Shown: positions 54,837 through 64,000 of the stretch, piece after piece
Layout: each line of letters begins with the position of its first letter
How positions within the stretch are numbered: the stretch's first letter is position 1
From: Lingula anatina
Lineage: Eukaryota > Animalia > Brachiopoda
Direction of reading: 5' to 3'
Assembly: GCA_051362555.1 (NCBI GenBank)
Contig: CM120641.1
Coordinates: 29,518,401 to 29,582,400, forward strand
DNA length: 64,000 nucleotides
Notes under the pieces: generated by a model
The model's database searches: none
The model's input: only the letters and a program-made list of their open reading frames with translations
Told to the model about the DNA's origin: nothing
Program-made: the position numbers and the translations under genes

Positions 54837-57800
54837 TCACATCCTGCTATCCTCAAGCTTCCAAACGAACAGTTCTACGACAACGAGCTAGAAGCCTGTG
54901 CTGACCGACTTGCCAGGGAGTCCCTCTGCAACTGGGAAGGTTTACCAAAAATGGGGTGTCCCTTTGTATTCCATGGAGTGGTTGGGGAGGACATGAGGGA
55001 GGAAAGGAGTCCATCATTCTTCAATCCAGAAGAAGCAACTATTGTGTTGGGATATGTGGAGAAGCTACTGGAGGCCAGAGGCATCCGAGTCTTGCAGAAT
55101 GAAATTGGAATTATTTCCCCCTACAGAAAACAAGTGAGGGAAATATGACAGAGCTTATTCCATGATGAATACAGGCAACCCCTCCCCAGTCCCTCTCCCT
55201 TTTCAAGTTACTAACAACAGTTTGCAATATCAAATCGGGCTTCACGCCAAATGCCAATTAATTGAAGCTGCCTAGTAAAACTTTGCAAATTTGTTTACAA
55301 TTATTAACTGGGCCTTTTTGCTGAGTTAGGGCAATAGATTCTAAGAATGTGGCGTACATGTAGCTCTAAAGAGCCAGTAGTCAACATTCTTTAAAGGTCC
55401 AACATTCCATTTACTTTAAAGTACAGCCACAATACATCGAGTTAATAGTATGTTATAGATATGGTACTGTTAGGCTTATGAAAAGTCCTACTTTAACTAC
55501 AGAAGTGTACATGTGATAAAGTATAAAGAAAAATTTAAAAAATTAAAATTAAAATTGTGGTGAATTTGCTCACTCCCATCTCACATGGCAAATTCAATTA
55601 CTAATCCACCTGAGCTTGGTTATAATGTAATGTACTAACAATATGCAGCCTGTTCAGAGTTATGGCTAACTACTAGTAAAATAAGATAAAGATAAAGTAA
55701 ATGCTGAATGTAACGGATGAGTATTAAATCAGGCGCGTAGCCAGGGGGGGGTTCGGGGGTTTTAAAGAACTGCCACTTTTGCTGGGAAAAGGTCCACTGT
55801 GGGTAAAATTTGATCTAGGTACATGAAGTTTTATGGAAAAAGGTCCACTTTTTCAGAAAAAGAACCCCCCTTTTGAAATTGCTGGTTACGGGCCTGTAAA
55901 TGCACAGACATCCCTTTTTATTCTCTCCACAGGTTCAAAAACTGAGGCAACTGCTGTTCAAGAAAAACTTTCGGGACATAAAGGTGGGCAGTGTGGAGGA
56001 ATTTCAGGGTCAGGAGAGACGGGTCATCATGGTGTCCACCGTGAGGAGTAACCCCGATTACCTGGCTCTGGACGCAGAGTTCAAGCTGGGCTTTTTAAAG
56101 AACCCAAAGGTCAGTCATTTGTACACTTATGCATGTGGACACACAAACTGGGGTAGAGTTAACACTGCCCAATTAAGCCAAATGCTAAAACTGACTTCAA
56201 TTGGCTAAACAAAATAGGGTTGATTTGACTTATTTTAGTCAAATTTAAACCATTTTGGAGAAAAAAGTGATGAAAAAGTAGTAATTTGGCTTTAGAAAAA
56301 ATTGCTAGTGCCACCTCAGCATATGGTAATAACTTGATTTTTTTCAGTGGGGGGAAAATCGTGAATTTTACAGATGCGGTATTTTTTAGCCCATTAATTT
56401 TTTAAATTTTGATACTCCTACCCAATTCCTATTGGATGGTCACAGCAGAATAAAAAAGTAAGCTACTCTATAGTTCTAATCTGTGCAGTAAGAGTACCAC
56501 TAATACTATATACTTTATGTGTTTATAAAGGTATACATTTGAAAGTTTGATAATTTTTGCCCATTGAAAAGATAGTGTCATTACCATGATTGTGCCGTGG
56601 CATGTGTACATGCGTGAACACATAATTCATAAGACTTTGTACATGTGGATGTGCACACACATATTTTGAAATGTAAGGTTATTTAAACAGCTATAGTCCA
56701 TACTATTTTCATCACCATTTCTTTCCACTATGGCACTGCAGAGACTATGCCATGTGATGCGGAATTCACAGAAGAGATATGAACAGTTAGTCTCAGACTA
56801 TACTGTCTTCAGTGTTCACCCGCACATACAGTTACATGTGGGATTAATTTTTTTTTCAGAGGTTTAATGTGTCGATCACAAGAGCAAAGGCCCTATTGAT
56901 TGTTGTAGGGAATCCGTTTCTTCTTTCGCAAGATGAACATTGGAACAGGTGAAGTGAATTATTTTAATTTATTTGATCAGTAAGCAAAAAAAGTTCAATC
57001 AAATTATAAGACTTTTTCAAACCAAACACAAATCAGCCATGTTAGGTTCAAATTTTTTTTCCTTTATTTAATCTTTATTTAATTTCATTGTTTCTAAGAA
57101 CTCTTGTTCAGACAGACAGACAAACCAACAAAAAAAGAAATGTTAAGGATTTAATAAAGTTCATAAATTAAATTTTTAATGTTTGTTCAGACAGACTGAC
57201 AAAAAAAAAACAGAGGATAGAAAGATTAAAAAGAGAAAGCTATCATGTTTTAGTTCAGACAGACTGTTAAATGAAAAAAAAAAAATAGAAAAAAAAGGAA
57301 AGTTAAAAAACATGTAAATTAAACTCCAAACTGACAGACAAAATAGTGTCTACTAGGCAATTCTTTTTTTTATTGTGAATGAAAGTCCATACAGAAGGAC
57401 AAAAGAAAGTAGGCAATTCTTTCTTTATTTTCAACTTCTCTTTGGTGTAGTTTCCTTAAGTACTGCCTCGAGAAAAAAAGCGTACACAGGATGTGATTAC
57501 GATGACCCTACTGATCAGCTCGACGATGTCGTAGAGAGGTTTGCTGCAGTGAATATTAAGCAGTCAGGTACGAGCAGGATTTATTGCAATCAATTTCTCT
57601 GTTGAATATTTTATTTTCTCAGATTATTGGCTATAAATAATCTAAATCATTAGGACTGAAAAGTCAGAATTTCAAATAAATTGCATGCACATGTACTATC
57701 TACTAGCTGTCATCTTGCATTTTCATTACTTAAAGTCCATTTTCAAGAGCAACTATTTTCTTCTTGTCTGTCATGTTATTCAGACGTACGACAAGTAATG

Positions 57801-57951
57801 TGTCCAAGATTTATTGATTATTATTATTATTATTATTATTATTATTGCACCATTTAAACTTTTTTGGGAATATATTATTTTTCAAGATGTAACCATGGAT
57901 GTCAGCCAGGTTCAGTTGCAAGAGGACCCCGAGTGGAGAGGAGAGGCCTAA
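54837..57951 (+). pseudogene. MOV10: 3' portion of a MOV10-like UPF1-family SF1 RNA helicase (5'-truncated, with a frameshift as assembled)
   Basis: Exons 54837-55133, 55933-56109, 56860-56948, 57451-57567, 57887-57951 encode SHPAILKLPNEQFYDNEL, SPSFFNPEE, IGIISPYRKQV, KVGSVEEFQGQE, ..STVRS, [27 protein letters not shown], YTGC and EDPEWRGEA*. No upstream helicase exons are visible. Family call is strong; pseudogene status is less certain. Confidence 0.75.
55730..55896. mobile_element. Small MITE in MOV10 intron
   Basis: taaat|CAGGCGCGTAGCCAG ... CTGGTTACGGGCCTG|taaat: a 15-bp TIR with 2 mismatches and an apparent 5-bp TSD. Confidence 0.7.
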
Positions 57952-60900
57952 TTTTAACTCTGTATTCTCAACTGTATTCTCAACTCAGATTCTTCTGTGA
58001 TCAAGAGGAAATGCAAGATCTTTTACTAGGGGACCCTGAATTTGAAAATCAAAATATTATGATGAATAAGACATGGAGGCTAGAGAAACTGATATAATAT
58101 AATATTGTTGACCACGATATAAAGCTGCCTCATGTATATTAAACTATGACATCTACCTGTAAACGCAGACTTATCAAACCTTGCAAGTTCATCTTTTTTT
58201 CTGGAGAATGGTACACTCAAGTGACATGACGTTTATTATGAAACAATTGAGGATATTACTTACCTAAGCCATATTTTAAGGTGCTTGAAACTGTGGACAT
58301 TTTTTGTCACTTGATTTTAGAGAGATTTTGATAGATATCATGTAGTCAGATTAGGTACAACTCTGTTAAAGAACTTGTGAATCACTAATTGTATGAAAAT
58401 AATCAAAATTGGGGTTTGAATAATGCTTCAATAATTGTCTTAATCATTTTGACTTGAGCCTATTTTATCTGTGAATATCAAATTTTAATATTTTTAATAA
58501 CATTTTATCAGTGTATTTCAGATATGCTTTATGAAAAAGTTTTAAATTGACAGGAGTATTTTTATAATAAGTCAGTTTTAGAAATCAAATTGATTCTATT
58601 CTAGTGAAAATGTAAAATTCCAGAGTATATTTTTAACCAATATTTTCTGTAATGTATCATACAGTGTGACTGTGTTTGTTCTCACCCTATGGGGAGGCAG
58701 AGCCTTCAAACTAACTATTCCTTGCACTTGCTTTACTAAATGTTTGAAGCTGGTTTGTAGTCTAAAATCTGAGCCTATAAAGACTTAGCTGGCTAAGTTG
58801 CACTTCACAGTTGTAAGAATCTTACAGATAGCCTAGGCCAGAAATAACTGATAAGTTGCAATGACTCACTGTAAAAAAGGTTGGTAGATTGCATGAATCT
58901 ATATTTGTGGTCTAAATTTTGTCTTTTATGCATATGTTTAATGAGAATAGCATCCAAAGGTTAAGGTTGGGCTTTCACTACACCAATCCCCTATTCCCCA
59001 AGAAAAGGTGCAAGAAAAGTTCTGATTTAATCAAAACTAGAGTATTGTTCGCTCATTAACCAAGTTATCAATTTTGCCTCATTTTTTCCAGTCTTTTTAC
59101 TTTCTTTTCACTTTCCTTTGATTTACATTTTGATTGTCTTGGCAAGTCTTTTACTTGCAGTGGTGTCAGTAGCCCATTTATGTATATTCTACTCATCAAC
59201 TGTGGACCAATCATTCTTAAAAAATTGTAGTTGTAAGACAATATTGCAAAGTTGACTTTGTATAGTTGGCTATCCAGATTTAGCAGTCTAAGCTTAATTT
59301 TTTTGTGAAACGGTTCCCTTTTTTCAATGAGCCAGTATACAGTACCTAATCAGTATTGAATTTACATATTTTATCTTTATCAGCACAATAAGAATCTTAC
59401 CATCTACTTTGAATTTTCATTGTTATTAACATTTTAGAATTGTTATGGAATTAAGCTAATTATGTTATCAGTAAGAACAAGATGTTATTATAATGATACA
59501 TTTATGTACTCTGTAGATGCCAGTGCACTACTAAATTATGAGGAGAAATTTTTAATATTTTTTGGGATGGAGGAAACACAATTAATGAGGTTTTGGGGAT
59601 TATCTTAATTTTGTGCAAAATTGGGCAACAGACAATGGTTATTTATGTACTGAAAATATATCAATAAAGCAAAAAAGAATGATAGTGCTAAGCTTTGTGG
59701 TGGAACCAAAATTTTAAGAAACAGATTTTGTGGGATTGCAAAATATCGTGTGTATCACGTCTATAGACCTAGCAGTATAAAAAGCCTTATAATTATTGCA
59801 AGTAGTTTCTTCTTAGTAATTTGGACATTTAAGGTAAATTGAGGACAACACCGCTTCACTAAGAAATGACGTAAAGTCACAAACTACAACGAAGATGGAC
59901 TGTGAATTATACAAAAGTAATGTCTGATCGGAGAGTGGGGGTGCATTCGAAACACATGACCTATTGTCACTCTTACGTAGTTTTTTTTTAATTACACATA
60001 CACCATAATAATAACTTTAGCTAGAAGACACATTTTGTACGCCTAGTTCTAAGGACATAAGCCTACGGATGTATCCAATATATATTAGATGGGGTTGGGG
60101 TTTTTTACCCCTCCTAAAATAAATTTTAAAACTCGGTCAGAACTTATAATTTGATATTAAATAACTTAATTATAAATTTATAATTGTATATATATGCATT
60201 TAAAAAAGTCATCAAATCACGTTCCAAGACCTAAATATTTTCGTAATGTACGCCTTATGACACTTGATAACGTTCACGTGATTCAGATGAAGACAAAATG
60301 TGTCAAAAATATCTGAAATCGATATTGGGAAAGGGTTTAAGGGAATGATGTAAGGCACATGAGTAAACTGTGGTCACGTTTTTTATGTAATTATGCAAAC
60401 ATTTTCCGACTCATGCATGCCTCGATGTATGGGAAGTTTAAATATTTTAAATATCGAAGGCTTTAAAAATATCCTATGTGGATAATATTTACACGTTTTT
60501 AATACTAACAAAAATTAGACTGCTTTAAATAGGTATTACGACATGCACGTTTATTTTTGACTCATTTTGTCTTCAACTTCGGTTGAATTTTTCACAGTAA
60601 TGAATGTTTGCTAATTGCTTTCTAAGAGAATGCAGTTTTTGCCGTTTAAAAAATTTGACTTTTCCCTGTCACCATTTCGTCTAGCTAATCGTGGATGTAA
60701 CTGAATTATAGATTCTATCAATGGCTAAAATATTACAAAAAACATCAAACAACTGAAAATAATGACCCGCGACAAAAGACGCCCCGAAAAGTTTCTTTTT
60801 TCAATTTTTAAAAACCGGGCGACACCTCGAAGGTGGCCGCATTATTGCGTTATTAAAAAAATTCTAGTTATTTTCGGAGACGTTTAAACGTCAGATTTAG

Positions 60901-61098
60901 TTGCTAGGCTGATGTAAGTAAAGTTTCACTTGGACAAACAATTCTTACGTTTAGTAATATAAAAAAAGATAAATGGTCCTACACATATACTTGCATTATC
61001 TTTATAAAAAATCTTTTTCTGTTTCTGCTCAACTCATAACTCATGTTACTGGTGTGGGAGTACTGATAACCCGACGCCATGAAGGGAGACGTCAGTTG

Positions 61099-61310
61099 TT
61101 AATTATTACCTAAATCAGTAGACGTTTTGAATATAGACATATACATTCACTCGTTTCTTCTGCCTTGCATTAGTAATATGATCCACTGCTGCTATCTTCC
61201 AGGCTATTAATTATTACCTAAATCAGTAGACGTTTTGAATATAGACATATACATTCACTCGTTTCTTCTGCCTGGCATAAGTAATATGATCCACTGCTTC
61301 TATCTTCCAG
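61099..61310. repeat. Tandem duplication, 2 x ~108 bp
   Basis: ttaattattacctaaatcagtagacg...ctatcttccag occurs at 61099 and 61207, nearly identical. Confidence 0.92.
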
Positions 61311-61869
61311 TTTTGTAAATCAATATAATTTGTTTTTTCATTTTTCAGAATAACAAGTCAGCTGATTACAAAATGTGTTTCAGAGTACTTGGGTGACTGA
61401 ACACGCTAAGTCCAGTGTACTTCCAATTGTCTCTCTACAATTCACTACAATCAGAACAACCATACTCCCTCAGGCTGCCTCAAAAATGCAGTCACCCTAC
61501 GCCAAATTACATTATCCACATTTTGGATCAGTGTTCAAATACACGCACACTAAAGTAGCCTGCGAGAAGTTCACAGCTACCAGCTTAACGGACATCGTAC
61601 CTATAAAAATTTTAGGGAGAAGGTATGTTGCTCAGAAATTTTCATCAAATTTGCCTGCACATTTCACAGACATTGCTTAGAACTTATTACTCTTATTATA
61701 AACAAACTGACAGGCAGAATAATCAAAATATAAAATATAAAAGAAAATGTATATGTTGATAAGATATTATTACCAACTTTGCGCATCACTATCAAAGGCC
61801 ATCCCCTTTGAACAAGTTGACCATTGGTGACAACAAGAACGCCATCATGTGACTATACGTCAACAAAGG

Positions 61870-61904
61870 TATAAAAGCGCAAAATTTTAAAAGTGCGTTC
61901 ACTC
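61870..61904 (+). promoter_or_regulatory. TATA box plus initiator
   Basis: TATAAAAG at 61870 and TTCACTC with A at 61901 (TATA at -31), followed by a CpG-rich leader. Confidence 0.6.
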
Positions 61905-62236
61905 AACAGCGGACAGATCTAGAGCAACAGGACGGATGCCATGTGCTGCGCCCTGTATCAAGCACAAAGGACACGGGAGTCGACTCCCATTTCTCCGAAT
62001 CTTCTACTCATCCTACGTCAACGCATCGCTCTTCGACATATTGTTCCCTGCACACGCAGACGTCTAGACGGTGGATTCGGCGTTTCTCTTAGCTGGCCAG
62101 CTAAAATCTTCGCTTCTCCCCACGAGGAATCGTCGCTCGGTCATCTTCGCAGGATACTTCACCTTTTTGCTGTCGTGGGCTGGAGTCGTAGTGTCATTGC
62201 ATATTCCCATGCTTTCCAGGTTTGTTTTTATTACAG

Positions 62237-63167
62237 GTCCAGGAAGCAGACTGCAAACTGGTGGGCGCCACCTGTGGGACTTCGGCTACACTCCTTAAGG
62301 TATGTAATCTTTTTTCTTTTTGGAAGGGGAGTTTGAGAAATGAAAGAAATCTAATCTCGTTTTTATTTCTGTTTACAGGACATAGAAGATGATGGGTGCC
62401 ACCTGTGGGACTTTGACTACACTCCTTAAGGTATGTAATCTTTTTTTCTTTTTGGAAGGGAAGTTTGAGAAATGAAAGAAATCTAATCTCGTTTTTATTT
62501 CTGTTTACAGGGCATAGAAGATGATGGGCGCCACCTGTGGGACTTCGACTACACTCCTTAAGGTATGTAATCTTTTTTTCTTTTTGGAAGGGAAGTTTGA
62601 GAAATGAAAGAAATCTAATCTCGTTTTTATTTCTGTTTACAGGGCATAGAAGATGATGGGCGCCACCTGTGGGACTTCGACTACACTCCTTAAGGTATGT
62701 AATCTTTTTTCTTTTTGGAAGGGGGGTTTGAGAAATGAAAGAAATCTAATCTCGTATTTATTTCTGTTTACAGGACATAGAAGATGATGGGCGCCACCTG
62801 TGGGACTTCGACTACACTCCTTAAGGTATGTAATCTTTTTTTCTTTTTGGAAGGGGAGTTTGAGAAATGAAAGAAATCTAATCTCGTTTTTATTTTTGTT
62901 TACAGGACATAGAAGATGATGGGCGCCACCTGTGGGACTTCAACTACACTCCTTAAGGTATGTAATCTTTTTTCTTTTTGGAAGGGGAGTTTGAGAAATG
63001 AAAGAAATCTAATCTCGTTTTTAATTCTGTTTACAGGACATAGAAGATGATGGGCGCCACCTGTGGGACTTCGACTACACTCCTTAAGGTATGTAATATT
63101 TTTTCTTTTTGGAAGGGAAGTTTGAGAAATGAAATAAATCTAATCTCGTTTTTATTTCTGTTTACAG
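62237..63167 (+). repeat. Seven tandem 131-132-bp units, each a 52-nt exon-like block plus a 79-80-nt GT-AG intron-like block
   Basis: Donors AAG|GTATGT at 62300, 62431, 62563, 62695, 62826, 62958, 63089; branch-like CTAAT; pyrimidine tract; TTTACAG acceptor. Confidence 0.93.
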
Positions 63168-63228
63168 GACACAACTGCAAGGAGACACCCCACATCTACA
63201 CTTAAGCTACTTCGACCATCCCTTGGAG

Positions 63229-63941
63229 CCAGCGAGTCCTGCCATGGTCTCTCTACGAGGTGGCTTCATTGGGGAAGCGTCCAGCGAGTCCTGCCATGGT
63301 CTGTCTACGAGGTGGCAGCACAGGGGAAGCGTCCAGCGAGTCCTGCCATGGTCTGTCTACGAGGTGGCGGCACAGGGGAAGCGTCCAGCGAGTCCTGCCA
63401 TGGTCTGTCTACGAGGTGGCTGCACTGGGGAAGCGTCCAGCGAGTCTTGTCATATGGTGTTTCAATGAAATGGAAACCACTTAAAGGTAAGCCTGACTGC
63501 AGAGTGCTGACATAGTATGAAAAGTCATTCATTCATTTTTCTTTCTGTTGACAGAACACAACTGCAAGGAGACGTCCCACATCTACACTTAAGCTACTTT
63601 GACCATTCCTTGGTGCCAGCGAGTCCTGCCATGGTCTGTCTCTTTGATGTGGCTGCACTGGGGAAGCGTCCAGCGAGTCCTGTCATGGCCTGTCTACGAG
63701 GTGGCTGCATTAAGGAAGCGTCCGGCGAGTCGTGCCAAGGTCTATCTGCGAGGTGGCTGCACTGGGGAAGCGTCCAGCGAGTCCTGCCATGGTCTATCTG
63801 CGAGGTGGCTGCACTGGGGAAGCGTCCAGCGAGTCCTGCCATGGTCCGTCTACGAGGTGGCTGCACTGGGGAAGCGTCCAGCGAGTCCTGCCATGGTCTA
63901 TCTACGAGGTGGCTGCACTAGGAAGCGTCCAGCGAGTCCTG
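63229..63941 (+). repeat. 52-bp GC-rich minisatellite in two blocks (~4 and ~6 units) inside duplicated exon-like segments
   Basis: Unit ccagcgagtcctgccatggtctgtctacgaggtggctgcactggggaagcgt starts at 63229, 63281, 63333, 63385, 63437 and again from 63616. Confidence 0.93.
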
Positions 63942-64000
63942 TCCAACGTTTCATGGCAACTGCAAGGAGAAGAGGGCCACGTGCACACTTCCGATACATC

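Noticed and set aside
61941-62336. 131-aa ORF after the TATA box as a protein gene
   Set aside because: No recognisable domain, and it runs through the first donor into repeat intron sequence. It cannot be excluded but is unsupported.
62237-63167. CRISPR-like regularly spaced array
   Set aside because: Whole units are repeated with no unique spacers, the context is eukaryotic, and no cas genes are present.
1-64000. tRNA, rRNA or snRNA genes
   Set aside because: None recognised by eye; a covariance-model scan would be needed to exclude them.

Overview
AT-rich, intron-containing animal genomic DNA (invertebrate, plausibly lophotrochozoan/mollusc; the taxon is an inference). Spliced models built by hand from GT-AG sites and frame continuity give six loci: TECPR2 (+, 1.1-11.2 kb), intronless METTL15 (-), BTBD9 (+, head-to-head with METTL15), an unusual minus-strand gene joining an LGR-like 7TM receptor domain to a TGF-beta-receptor-like pseudokinase and a long disordered tail ending in a PDZ ligand (27.0-37.3 kb), an otopetrin (-), and only the 3' part of a MOV10-like helicase lying directly behind a Helentron/HINE-like repeat. 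Introns carry several non-autonomous DNA transposon families, including a TIR element holding a RecQ-helicase fragment. The window ends in a TATA/Inr-preceded, apparently non-coding unit built from tandem exon+intron repeats and 52-bp repeats with CTCF-like motifs. The strongest candidates for something undescribed are the 7TM-pseudokinase fusion and the tandem exon-intron array. No database searches were run; family calls rest on recalled motifs.
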